From Shigella phage TB004, in sequence record MW822011: a stretch of 64,000 bases of DNA; one strand, 5' to 3'. Below the pieces are notes generated by a model. The model saw nothing but the letters and a program-made list of their open reading frames with translations, had not been told where the DNA came from and did not search any database. A program made the translations under genes and the position numbers. Shown one piece after another: positions 38,991 through 51,323 of this stretch (position 1 is its first letter; each line of letters opens with the position of its first letter).

Positions 38991-39341
38991 ATGAATTTTA
39001 ATTATTACCCTATTCTATTAGAAAAAGACGCGAAACAACCAAAATGGCAGGGTCCTCAGTTTATTAAAGGCGTCTATCAATTAGTAGTTCCCAAAGATAA
39101 GATTTATAGCAGCAGTTATTGCACTGAATCCGCTTGCAGTATTTTCGGTAATAGTTCTCCGTATTGGAATTTTGATATAAAGCTGGATAGAAATATCGAT
39201 ATTTGGTTGAAAGCTATGGATATTGGCAATATCACGTTTGATGAGAATAATTACCATATTATTGGTCGCTTTTCCAAGCGTGGTAAAGAATTGTATTTTA
39301 CGCCTGAAATTGAAAGAAAATTTGATGCTAAACCGTATTGA
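38991..39341 (+). CDS. hypothetical protein (116 aa)
   Basis: ORF track frame 38979..39341; ATG at 38991. Confidence 0.45.
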   Translation: MNFNYYPILLEKDAKQPKWQGPQFIKGVYQLVVPKDKIYSSSYCTESACSIFGNSSPYWNFDIKLDRNIDIWLKAMDIGNITFDENNYHIIGRFSKRGKELYFTPEIERKFDAKPY

Positions 39342-39385
39342 TTATTAGCTTCATAAAATGTATTATAATTTATATAAGGTACTAA

Positions 39386-39934
39386 ATGAAACAATACCAA
39401 GATTTAATTAAAGACATTTTTGAAAATGGCTATGAAACTGATGACCGAACAGGCACAGGAACAATTGCTTTGTTCGGTACTAAATTACGCTGGGATTTAA
39501 CTAAAGGTTTTCCTGCAGTAACGACTAAGAAGCTCGCCTGGAAAGCTTGCATTGCTGAGCTAATATGGTTTTTATCGGGAAGTACTAACGTAAATGATTT
39601 ACGTCAACGTACTCATGGATCTTTAATTGCAGGAAAAACAATTTGGGATGAAAACTACGAAAACCAGGCCAAAGACTTAGGTTATCATAGCGGTGAACTT
39701 GGTCCAATTTACGGAAAACAGTGGCGTGATTTTGGTGGTGTAGATCAAATTGTAGAAGTTGTTAATCGTATTAAAACATTTCCCAATGATAGACGTCAAA
39801 TTGTGTCGGCATGGAATCCAGCTGAACTCAAGCAGATGGCATTACCGCCTTGTCATATGTTCTATCAGTTTAATGTGCGTAATGGTCATCTTGATTTACA
39901 ATGGTACCAGAGAAGTGTTGATGTTTTCTTAGGT
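39386..39934 (+). CDS. td: thymidylate synthase, exon 1
   Basis: MKQYQDLIKDIFENGYETDDRTGTG ... QWYQRSVDVFLG, then in-frame stop at the intron 5' end. Confidence 0.95.
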
Positions 39935-40950
39935 TAATTTAGGCCTAGGTATAAGGTGACTTATACTTGTAATCTATCTAAACGGGGGACCTCTCTAGTA
40001 GACAATCCCGTGCTAAATTGTAGGACTACCCTTTAATAAATACTTCTATATAAAAAGAGGTGTTTATGAAAAGCGGAATTTATCAGATTAAAAACACTTT
40101 AAACGGTAAAGTGTATGTTGGAAGTGCTAAAGATTTTGAGAAAAGATGGAAGAGACATTTTAAAGACCTTGAAAACGGTGTTCACTCTTCTATAAAATTT
40201 CAAAGGTCTTTTAATAAACATGGTAATGTTTTTGAATGCTCTGTACTGGAAGAAATTCCATATGAGAAAGATTTGATTATTGAACGAGAAAATTTTTGGA
40301 TTAAAGAGCTAAATTCTAAAATTAATGGATATAATATTGCTGATGCGTCTTTTGGCGATGTGCTTTCAAATCATCCATTAAAAGAAGAAATTGCTAAGAA
40401 ACGAGCTGAAACTGTTAAAGCTAAGATGCTTAAACTTGGTCCTGATGGTCGGAAAGCTCTTTATGGTAAACACGGAAGTAAAAATGGCCGATGGAATCCA
40501 GAAAACCATAAGTTTTGTAAATGCGGTGTTCGCATACCGTCTTCGGCCGATACTTGTGGAAAGTGCCGAAAACGTTCAGGTGAAAATAACCCGTTCTTTA
40601 ATCACAAACATTCAGAAAAAACTAAAACTAAGCTATCTGAAAAGATGAAAGGCAAAAAGCCAGCTAACATCAAAAAGATTTCATGCGATGGGATTATTTT
40701 TGAATGTGCAGCCGATGCGGCTAGACATTTTGAAATTTCATCAGGATTAGTTACTTACCGTGTAAAATCTGATAAGTGGAATTGGTTCTACATAAATGCC
40801 TAACGACTATCCCTTTAGGGAGTAGGGTCAAGTGACTCGAAACGATAGACAACTTGCTTTAACAAGTTGGAGATATAGTCTGCTCTGCATGGTGACATGC
40901 AGCTGGATATAATTCCGGGATAAGATTAACGACCTTATCTGAACATAATG
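39935..40950 (+). mobile_element. td group I intron (1016 nt) carrying the I-TevI homing endonuclease gene
   Basis: exon 1 ends ...ttaggt; intron begins taatttaggcctaggtataaggtgacttatacttgtaatctatctaaacggg and ends ...ctgaacataatg; exon 2 resumes ctaccgttcaacatt (LPFNIASYA). Confidence 0.9.
40066..40803 (+). CDS. I-TevI: intron-encoded GIY-YIG homing endonuclease I-TevI (245 aa)
   Basis: [35 protein letters not shown]; Zn finger CKCGVRIPSSADTCGKC; C-terminal HTH. Confidence 0.95.
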   Translation: MKSGIYQIKNTLNGKVYVGSAKDFEKRWKRHFKDLENGVHSSIKFQRSFNKHGNVFECSVLEEIPYEKDLIIERENFWIKELNSKINGYNIADASFGDVLSNHPLKEEIAKKRAETVKAKMLKLGPDGRKALYGKHGSKNGRWNPENHKFCKCGVRIPSSADTCGKCRKRSGENNPFFNHKHSEKTKTKLSEKMKGKKPANIKKISCDGIIFECAADAARHFEISSGLVTYRVKSDKWNWFYINA

Positions 40951-41262
40951 CTACCGTTCAACATTGCATCATATGCTGCGTTAGTTCATATTGTAGCTAA
41001 GATGTGTAATCTTATTCCGGGAGATTTGATATTTTCTGGCGGTAATACTCATATCTATATGAATCACGTAGAACAATGTAAAGAAATTTTACGTCGTGAA
41101 CCTAAAGAGCTTTGTGAACTTGTAATAGGCGGATTACCTTATAAATTCCGCTATCTTTCTACTAAAGAACAATTGGAATACATTCTTAAACTCAGGCCTA
41201 AAGATTTCGTTCTTAAAGGTTACGAATCACACCCTTCTATTAAAGGAAAAATGGCGGTGTAA
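40951..41262 (+). CDS. td: thymidylate synthase, exon 2
   Basis: LPFNIASYAALVHIVAKMCNLIPGDLIFSGGNTHIYMNH ... KGKMAV; joined CDS is 286 aa. Confidence 0.95.
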   Translation, partial: LPFNIASYAALVHIVAKMCNLIPGDLIFSGGNTHIYMNHVEQCKEILRREPKELCELVIGGLPYKFRYLSTKEQLEYILKLRPKDFVLKGYESHPSIKGKMAV

Positions 41263-41285
41263 TTAATTATTAATTGTGAGGATAT

Positions 41286-41531
41286 ATGATTTTACGATTT
41301 AAAGATACTTCTGGTGTAGTTCTTTTTACACTTCCTAATCCAAGCGAGTTAGAAGTTCCAGGACCAGAACAGCCTATTGTCATTTATGGCAAAAAATATT
41401 ATACTCATAAAATGACTCGTGAGTATTTTGATAATAAAATTTCTACAGTTAAAACTTCTTCAGATTGTTATTATGATATTACTGTTTTAACGGAAAAACA
41501 ATATGACGAATGTAGAACTTTAGCAGTATAA
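41286..41531 (+). CDS. hypothetical protein (81 aa)
   Basis: ORF track; 3' end overlaps the convergent GIY-YIG gene by about 12 nt. Confidence 0.45.
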   Translation: MILRFKDTSGVVLFTLPNPSELEVPGPEQPIVIYGKKYYTHKMTREYFDNKISTVKTSSDCYYDITVLTEKQYDECRTLAV

Positions 41532-42251
41532 ATATGATTCCCAACAATCTAGAGCACATCTTTTAGATATAAGTTTTCTGCTTATTCCAGTTTGACGCAC
41601 AGCTTCTGCTATTGTTGGATATTCTACCCCATCTATACTTACTCTTAGATGGGGTTTCTTTTTACCTCTTTGTGAGTCAGAAATTCGTTTTCTAACTTCA
41701 TTGGTATGTGTCTGTCCATAATATGGATTATTGATGCCTTTCATATTAAGTGCAGCGTTTCTTTCTTGGAACTTTTTGCTTATTTCTATAGCACGATCTA
41801 ACCCATAGTGTTCTTCTATAGTTTTACCTTTGATATCTTTAGGTCTACCATGTTTTTGCTTAAGTTCTTCTGGTGATAATTTTGAATTATTATTTTTAAT
41901 TGCATTTGAAATTTTATTAAGGATTTCTTGCTTTCTTGGGTGATGAGATAAGGTATCCCCAAACGATGCGTCTGCTATATTATACCCATTTTCCTTTGAG
42001 TCATATTCATGTATCCAATAATTTTCACGTTCAATAATGATAGATTTTTCGTATGGAAGTTCTTCTATGATTTTACATACGAAAGCATCTTTCCCATGCT
42101 TATTATAAGAACGCTGCAGCTTTATTGAATGATGATTTCCATTATCTAAATCTTTAAAGTGTCGTTTCCATCGTTCTTCAAAATTAATTGCACTTCCTAT
42201 ATAGTGCTTATTGGTTTTAGTGTTTATAATAGCATATATTCCAGATTTCAT
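41520..42251 (-). CDS. free-standing GIY-YIG homing endonuclease, I-TevI-like catalytic domain with a different C-terminal DNA-binding region (243 aa)
   Basis: [38 protein letters not shown] ... IIERENYWI ... [12 protein letters not shown] near-colinear with I-TevI residues 1-100; C-terminus NUMOD-like ([17 protein letters not shown]) plus HTH, no Zn finger. Confidence 0.85.
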   Translation of the reverse strand: MKSGIYAIINTKTNKHYIGSAINFEERWKRHFKDLDNGNHHSIKLQRSYNKHGKDAFVCKIIEELPYEKSIIIERENYWIHEYDSKENGYNIADASFGDTLSHHPRKQEILNKISNAIKNNNSKLSPEELKQKHGRPKDIKGKTIEEHYGLDRAIEISKKFQERNAALNMKGINNPYYGQTHTNEVRKRISDSQRGKKKPHLRVSIDGVEYPTIAEAVRQTGISRKLISKRCALDCWESYLYC

Positions 42252-42306
42252 TATATTCTCCTATATAAAATTATATTTATATGGGGTAACTTACTACAGA
42301 GGACTT

Positions 42307-44571
42307 ATGCAATTAATTAATGTTATCAAAAGTAGTGGTGTTTCTCAGAGCTTTGACCCGCAAAAAATTATTAAAGTTTTATCTTGGGCAGCTGAAGGAA
42401 CATCTGTAGATCCTTATGAATTATATGAAAATATTAAATCATATCTCCGTGATGGAATGACCACTGATGACATTCAAACCATTGTAATTAAGGCTGCTGC
42501 GAATTCTATTTCAGTTGAAGAGCCTGATTATCAATATGTAGCTGCACGCTGTTTAATGTTCGCTCTTCGTAAGCATGTTTATGGGCAATATGAACCACGT
42601 TCATTTATTGATCATATTTCTTACTGTGTAAATGAAGGTAAATATGACCCTGAACTGCTGTCAAAATATTCAGCAGAAGAAATTACATTTTTAGAATCAA
42701 AAATTAAGCACGAGCGGGATATGGAATTTACTTATTCCGGGGCGATGCAATTAAAAGAAAAATATCTCGTTAAAGATAAAACCACTGGTCAAATTTATGA
42801 AACTCCGCAGTTTGCATTTATGACTATTGGAATGGCATTGCATCAAGATGAACCTGTTGATAGACTAAAACACGTTATTCGTTTTTATGAAGCGGTATCT
42901 ACTCGACAAATTTCATTGCCAACTCCTATTATGGCTGGTTGCCGTACTCCGACTCGACAGTTTAGTTCATGCGTTGTTATTGAAGCAGGTGATTCATTAA
43001 AGTCTATCAATAAGGCTTCCGCTTCAATTGTTGAATATATCTCCAAACGCGCTGGAATTGGCATTAACGTTGGTATGATTCGTGCCGAAGGTTCTAAGAT
43101 TGGTACAGGTGAAGTACGCCATACTGGTGTTATTCCTTTTTGGAAACATTTTCAGACTGCTGTTAAATCATGCTCACAGGGTGGAATTCGTGGCGGCGCT
43201 GCTACTGCTTATTATCCTATTTGGCATTTGGAAGTTGAAAATCTTCTCGTTTTGAAAAATAACAAAGGCGTAGAAGAAAACCGTATCCGTCATATGGATT
43301 ATGGCGTCCAGCTGAATGATTTGATGATGGAACGTTTTGGAAAGAACGACTACATTACTTTGTTCAGTCCGCATGAAATGGGTGGCGAACTTTATTATTC
43401 TTATTTTAAAGACCAAGATCGTTTCCGTGAATTATACGAAGCCGCAGAAAAAGATCCTAATATTCGTAAAAAGCGTATTAAAGCACGTGAACTGTTTGAA
43501 TTACTCATGACTGAACGTTCAGGAACAGCAAGGATTTATGTGCAGTTCATTGATAATACGAATAACTATACTCCATTTATTCGTGAAAAGGCACCTATTC
43601 GTCAGAGTAACTTGTGCTGTGAAATTGCTATTCCAACAAATGATGTGAATAGTCCTGATGCTGAAATTGGATTGTGCACGTTATCTGCATTTGTGTTGGA
43701 TAACTTCGATTGGCAAGACCAAGATAAAATTAATGAATTAGCAGAAGTTCAAGTTCGTGCTCTTGATAATCTTTTGGATTACCAAGGATATCCAGTTCCT
43801 GAAGCAGAAAAAGCTAAAAAGCGTCGAAACCTTGGCGTAGGTGTTACTAACTATGCAGCTTGGCTGGCAAGTAACTTTGCTTCTTATGAAGATGCTAACG
43901 ATTTAACACATGAACTATTTGAGAGATTACAGTATGGACTCATTAAAGCATCCATTAAGCTCGCCAAAGAAAAAGGACCTTGCGAATATTATTCAGACAC
44001 TCGTTGGTCTCGAGGCGAATTACCTATCGACTGGTACAATAAAAAGATTGACCAAATCGCAGCTCCAAAATACGTTTGTGACTGGTCGTCGCTGCGGGAA
44101 GACCTTAAGCTCTTTGGCATCCGTAATAGCACATTATCAGCACTTATGCCATGTGAGTCATCTTCCCAAGTTTCTAACAGTACAAACGGTATCGAGCCTC
44201 CACGTGGACCAGTCTCGGTTAAAGAATCAAAAGAGGGTTCCTTTAATCAAGTCGTGCCCAATATTGAACATAACATAGACCTATATGATTATACATGGAA
44301 ATTAGCTAAGAAAGGTAATAAACCTTATCTTACGCAAGTAGCTATTATGCTGAAATGGGTATGTCAATCAGCTTCAGCGAATACATATTATGACCCGCAG
44401 ATTTTTCCAAAAGGAAAGGTTCCAATGTCAATAATGATTGATGACCTTTTGTATTTTTGGTATTTTGGCGGAAAAAATTTCTATTATCATAATACCCGCG
44501 ACGGTTCTGGTACTGATGATTATGAAATAGAAACTCCAAAAGCTGAAGATTGTTCATCCTGTAAATTATGA
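42307..44571 (+). CDS. nrdA: ribonucleotide reductase alpha subunit NrdA (754 aa)
   Basis: MQLINVIKSSGVSQSFDPQKIIKVLSWAAEG; ATP-cone plus class Ia RNR motifs; length equals T4 NrdA. Confidence 0.95.
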   Translation: MQLINVIKSSGVSQSFDPQKIIKVLSWAAEGTSVDPYELYENIKSYLRDGMTTDDIQTIVIKAAANSISVEEPDYQYVAARCLMFALRKHVYGQYEPRSFIDHISYCVNEGKYDPELLSKYSAEEITFLESKIKHERDMEFTYSGAMQLKEKYLVKDKTTGQIYETPQFAFMTIGMALHQDEPVDRLKHVIRFYEAVSTRQISLPTPIMAGCRTPTRQFSSCVVIEAGDSLKSINKASASIVEYISKRAGIGINVGMIRAEGSKIGTGEVRHTGVIPFWKHFQTAVKSCSQGGIRGGAATAYYPIWHLEVENLLVLKNNKGVEENRIRHMDYGVQLNDLMMERFGKNDYITLFSPHEMGGELYYSYFKDQDRFRELYEAAEKDPNIRKKRIKARELFELLMTERSGTARIYVQFIDNTNNYTPFIREKAPIRQSNLCCEIAIPTNDVNSPDAEIGLCTLSAFVLDNFDWQDQDKINELAEVQVRALDNLLDYQGYPVPEAEKAKKRRNLGVGVTNYAAWLASNFASYEDANDLTHELFERLQYGLIKASIKLAKEKGPCEYYSDTRWSRGELPIDWYNKKIDQIAAPKYVCDWSSLREDLKLFGIRNSTLSALMPCESSSQVSNSTNGIEPPRGPVSVKESKEGSFNQVVPNIEHNIDLYDYTWKLAKKGNKPYLTQVAIMLKWVCQSASANTYYDPQIFPKGKVPMSIMIDDLLYFWYFGGKNFYYHNTRDGSGTDDYEIETPKAEDCSSCKL

Positions 44572-44622
44572 TATAATTTGACTCACGGACGAGTCACTAT
44601 CTATTAACTAAGCGGAAAATTT

Positions 44623-45792
44623 ATGAGCACAGTTTTTAATACAAATCCAGTTGATGTTTTAAAAGAACCTATGTTCTTCGGTTCAGGTCTTGGTATTGCG
44701 CGTTATGATATTCAACGGCATAGAGTATTTGAAGAACTTATTGAGAAATCTTTATCATTTTTCTGGCGTCCTGAAGAAGTAAACTTAATGATGGATGCTG
44801 CACAATTTAACAAGCTTCCTCAATATCAGCAAGATATTTTTACTAATAACCTGAAGTATCAATCACTTTTGGATAGCATTCAGGGTCGTGCACCGTCTGC
44901 TGTACTTATGTCATTAATTTCAGACCCAAGCCTTGATACATGGGTTGCTACATGGACTTTTAGTGAAACTATTCACAGTCGTTCATATACTCATATCATG
45001 CGAAATCTTTATACTGATCCATCAAAGGTATTTGATGAGATTGTATTAGATAAAGCTATCATGAAACGCGCTGAATCTATTGGTCGTTATTATGATGACG
45101 TTCTAGTTAAGACTCGTGAATATCAGAATGCGGTTGAAGATTATGAAGGAATTTTATCAGAAGGATTTCGTAAAGAAGAGTTAGGCAAAGTTGTTGAATG
45201 TACTAAACGAGCACTAATGAAATCTCTTTACCTCTGCCTGCATGTAATCAACGCATTGGAAGCTATTCGTTTTTATGTATCTTTCGCATGTACCTTTAAC
45301 TTCCATAAGAACATGGAAATCATGGAAGGTAATGCCAAGATTATGAAGTTCATTGCACGTGATGAGCAGCTTCACCTTAAAGGCACCCAATATATTATTC
45401 GTCAACTTCAATCCGGTACTGATGGCGATGAATGGGTTAAAATTGCTCAAGAGTGTGAACAAGAAGCAGTTGATATTTTCATGGAAGTTAACCGCCAAGA
45501 AAAAGATTGGGCAGTTCATTTATTTAAAGATGGCGATGTTCCTGGATTAAATACAAATAGTATGTGGAGTTTTATTGATTACTTAACTGTATCTCGTATG
45601 AAACAGTGTGGTCTTCCATGCCCAATTACCGATGCTCCGGTTAAACATCCATATCCTTGGATTCGTGAATATCTTAATTCTGATAATGTTCAATCCGCGC
45701 CACAAGAAGTAGAACTGTCATCTTACCTTGTTGCACAGATTGATAATGATGTTGATGATAAAGTTATGATGAGTTTTAAAAAATATTTTTAA
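44623..45792 (+). CDS. nrdB: ribonucleotide reductase beta subunit NrdB (389 aa), intronless
   Basis: continuous ORF with di-iron ligand motifs; no intron interruption. Confidence 0.95.
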   Translation: MSTVFNTNPVDVLKEPMFFGSGLGIARYDIQRHRVFEELIEKSLSFFWRPEEVNLMMDAAQFNKLPQYQQDIFTNNLKYQSLLDSIQGRAPSAVLMSLISDPSLDTWVATWTFSETIHSRSYTHIMRNLYTDPSKVFDEIVLDKAIMKRAESIGRYYDDVLVKTREYQNAVEDYEGILSEGFRKEELGKVVECTKRALMKSLYLCLHVINALEAIRFYVSFACTFNFHKNMEIMEGNAKIMKFIARDEQLHLKGTQYIIRQLQSGTDGDEWVKIAQECEQEAVDIFMEVNRQEKDWAVHLFKDGDVPGLNTNSMWSFIDYLTVSRMKQCGLPCPITDAPVKHPYPWIREYLNSDNVQSAPQEVELSSYLVAQIDNDVDDKVMMSFKKYF

Positions 45793-45796
45793 GGAG

Positions 45797-45819
45797 TGGG
45801 CCGCAAGGCCCATTTTATT
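45797..45819 (+). terminator. hairpin (GCAA loop) plus T-run after nrdB, abutting the denA start
   Basis: tgggccgcaaggcccattttatt. Confidence 0.45.
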
Positions 45820-47408
<1,589 letters not shown>

Positions 47409-47411
47409 GCT

Positions 47412-47465
47412 GTTTACAAGTCCCTCGTGTTGTGTTATAGTAATCTTACTGACATAACATGAGGA
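47412..47465 (+). promoter_or_regulatory. 54-bp early promoter / imperfect palindrome cassette upstream of alc (copy A)
   Basis: gtttacaagtccctcgtgttgtgttatagtaatcttactgacataacatgagga; near-identical to 61671-61724. Confidence 0.6.
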
Positions 47466-47472
47466 CTTTATG

Positions 47473-47976
47473 ATGGATTTACAGCTTATTACTACTGAAA
47501 TGGTCGTTGAAGCATACGGTGATACTACAGATGGGATTTCTGTATTTAAAGGAAATCGTCGAGTTGGATATATCACCGATCTTAAGAAAGATTTAGCTAA
47601 GCAAGTCAAGCGGAAAACGACCATTAAAGAATATCGAAATCGTCGTCTTGAGCAAGCCCGTGATATGCTTCCTGATGCAGTTGAGGAGATGAAAGTCTTT
47701 TTAGAAAATCAGCTTGCGAAATATGATTGTGATGTGTTCATTAATCAGACTCAACCTAATGTTCATATTAACAACTGTAAATGCTATATCATCGTTAATC
47801 CTTTGACGGGAAAACATCGTCTTGGAATTAGTAATCCAAATCGTAGCGCATCAGATATGGCAGAAGATGTTGAGGCATGCTTTAAAATTTCTAAATCTCC
47901 GGCTGAACATCATATTTTAATTAACGGTCTTTCTCAAGACGATATTGTAGAGGTTATTAAAACTTTATGCAATTAA
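47473..47976 (+). CDS. alc: Alc, host transcription unfolding/termination factor (167 aa)
   Basis: MDLQLITTEMVVEAYGDTTDGISVFKGNRRVGYIT; length and position between rnlA and pseT. Confidence 0.85.
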   Translation: MDLQLITTEMVVEAYGDTTDGISVFKGNRRVGYITDLKKDLAKQVKRKTTIKEYRNRRLEQARDMLPDAVEEMKVFLENQLAKYDCDVFINQTQPNVHINNCKCYIIVNPLTGKHRLGISNPNRSASDMAEDVEACFKISKSPAEHHILINGLSQDDIVEVIKTLCN

Positions 47977-48320
47977 GTAATACGACAGCAGGTTTGTTAT
48001 TAATTGTAATTGCATTGGGCGGAACTTCTTTAATTTTAAAAAATAAAATTGAAAGATTAGAAACGTCTGTTGTAGAAATTACAAAAACGGCCAATGAAAA
48101 CGCTTTAGCATTAGATAATTTGCGAATTCAGTATAATTATATTGATGCGATGAATAATAAAAATCGTGAGGCAATTGCTGCTATTGAGCGTGAAAATGAA
48201 AAACTGCGCAAAGATGCAAAGAAGGCGGGTGTGGTGGCTCATAAGCCAGGATTGGTTGAAAAACAAATCAACAACTCCTTCAACAAGTTCGCAGAAGACA
48301 TCCAGGACCTTTCTAAATGA
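47967..48320 (+). CDS. i-spanin (Rz-like; T4 pseT.3 equivalent), 117 aa
   Basis: N-terminal TMD (AGLLLIVIALGGTSLIL) followed by coiled-coil-like periplasmic domain; followed by an overlapping lipoprotein gene. Confidence 0.7.
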   Translation: MQLSNTTAGLLLIVIALGGTSLILKNKIERLETSVVEITKTANENALALDNLRIQYNYIDAMNNKNREAIAAIERENEKLRKDAKKAGVVAHKPGLVEKQINNSFNKFAEDIQDLSK

Positions 48321-48616
48321 TTAAACTGTCAGCAGTAATATTATCTATTGGTCTTCTAGTTGGTTGTTCGACAAAGCCTCTAGAAGTAAAGAAAGAAACA
48401 GTTCATCCTAATTGGCCAGTACAAATAAAGTCATACGATGAAGCTAAACTATCTTGGCAAGTTAAAGTTATTGATGGTAAAGCTTGGGTCGGTATGCCAT
48501 TTGAAGATTCCCAGGAATTTCGTATTTGGCTTAATGATGTAAAACGATATGTACATGACCAAAAAACTATGATATGTTATTATCGTCAAGAGCTAAAAGA
48601 GGATAAATGTAAATGA
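48317..48616 (+). CDS. o-spanin lipoprotein (Rz1-like; T4 pseT.2 equivalent), 99 aa
   Basis: signal peptide plus lipobox LLVGC; ATGA overlap with the i-spanin gene. Confidence 0.7.
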   Translation: MIKLSAVILSIGLLVGCSTKPLEVKKETVHPNWPVQIKSYDEAKLSWQVKVIDGKAWVGMPFEDSQEFRIWLNDVKRYVHDQKTMICYYRQELKEDKCK

Positions 48617-48839
48617 TTTCATGGCATCAATTTGAACATCTCAAAGGATTGATTTATGAATCCGAGATGGCTGCAATGATTTATGGACGCCAGATTCAGC
48701 GATTAGAATCTTTACCTCCAACTAATGATGTTTTATTAGCTCAATCTCGGGCTAATCTTAAAAATGAATATCAAAATAAGTGGGGTAAAGCATCTAAAGA
48801 CCTGTATGATTATATTCAATCATTGGTTGAGAAAAATAA

Positions 48840-48843
<4 letters not shown>
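48613..48843 (+). CDS. hypothetical protein (76 aa)
   Basis: ORF track. Confidence 0.45.
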
Positions 48844-50064
<1,221 letters not shown>

Positions 50065-50065
<1 letters not shown>

Positions 50066-50262
50066 TGGCTTTGCATCATGAAACTTGGGCTATTGTTATT
50101 GTAAATAGTGGTTTAGTTGGTACTAGTAATGGGCAATTTTGCATATTCACTAGTGAAATCAGAGCTTGGGAGGAATGCCTTAAATTAAGAGAAAAGAATC
50201 CTGATGTTGAACTAACAGTAAAGAAAACTAAACTGCCTTTACCATGGAAAACTTATGAATAA
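50065..50262 (+). CDS. hypothetical protein (65 aa)
   Basis: ORF track. Confidence 0.4.
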
Positions 50263-50455
50263 CATAGAAAAGATTTATCGACTTTGTGATAAAATTGAAA
50301 AAGAAAAGAAATATCTATTTTGTTTATGGCCTATTGTAGATGGAAGAGTAGGCTTAGATGTTCTTGATTATGAAACAGAAGACAAAGTAGATGGTTCAAT
50401 TTTTGATAACGCTTTGGATGTTATTGATTGGCTTGAAGAAAATTATGTGAGGTAA
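50255..50455 (+). CDS. hypothetical protein (66 aa)
   Basis: ORF track. Confidence 0.4.
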   Translation: MNNIEKIYRLCDKIEKEKKYLFCLWPIVDGRVGLDVLDYETEDKVDGSIFDNALDVIDWLEENYVR

Positions 50456-50457
50456 AT

Positions 50458-50733
50458 ATGTTTCCGACTTACTCTAAAATCGTAGAAGTAGTGTTTAGCC
50501 AAATTATCGCTAATAACATGTTTGAAAAGCTTGATAATGCAGCTGAACTTCGAATCCACGCTCAAGTGACTCATGTATTGAACGCTTTGCTTCCAGACCA
50601 AGTGGATTCTATTGCAATTACGCTGTATCCAGGTTCCGCGCATATCATTGTCGTATTTGGTCTTGATGCTGAGTTAGTTATCAAAGGCGATATTCGCTTT
50701 GAATCGCAGACATCAGAATTCAAAGCAATTTAA
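50458..50733 (+). CDS. hypothetical protein (91 aa)
   Basis: ORF track. Confidence 0.45.
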   Translation: MFPTYSKIVEVVFSQIIANNMFEKLDNAAELRIHAQVTHVLNALLPDQVDSIAITLYPGSAHIIVVFGLDAELVIKGDIRFESQTSEFKAI

Positions 50734-50735
50734 TA

Positions 50736-50765
50736 GTTTACTTTAAGGCAGAGTTGTGATATTAT
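50736..50765 (+). promoter_or_regulatory. T4-type early promoter
   Basis: tagtttac ... tgtgatattat. Confidence 0.4.
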
Positions 50766-50795
50766 AGCTCTACCAAAACAAATGAGGAAATTGAA

Positions 50796-51323
50796 ATGAG
50801 CGAATGGTTTGAAGAAGATAAGGTTTATCGCTTTAAAGCTGGATATAAAGATATTTTTAATGAAACCTGCGGGGCTAATAAACGAATTGCCCAGTTTATT
50901 GGGGAAAATTCATTTAAAGTAAAAATAGATCCTGCGAAAAATGTTATTAGCATTAAACGTGAAATTGATGATTGCTGGTATAAAGCTGTTGATGTAATGG
51001 GCGAATCCTATAAAGTTAGCCCGTTATTTTCAATTGCTTATATGTTGGAATATTCTTTTTTCGAAGAAGTTCAAAAAGATGACTCTGTCAGTAAATTTGA
51101 AATTAAAGCTGATAAAGAAATTAAGTGGAAAGTAGTAGGTATTACTGGTTGTATGTTTTATATCTATGCTCAAACTGATACGAAGGAAGAAGCTAAAAAG
51201 AAAGCTCTAGAATATCTCGAAGAGTATGAAGAAGGTCCGGTAATGATTACTCAAGATGCTGAATTAGTTTCTGTCAAATTAGTTAAAAACGTTGAAAGTA
51301 AGGAGCTTGGATCAACATGCTAA
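50796..51323 (+). CDS. hypothetical protein (175 aa)
   Basis: ORF track; gaggaaa SD. Confidence 0.5.
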   Translation: MSEWFEEDKVYRFKAGYKDIFNETCGANKRIAQFIGENSFKVKIDPAKNVISIKREIDDCWYKAVDVMGESYKVSPLFSIAYMLEYSFFEEVQKDDSVSKFEIKADKEIKWKVVGITGCMFYIYAQTDTKEEAKKKALEYLEEYEEGPVMITQDAELVSVKLVKNVESKELGSTC

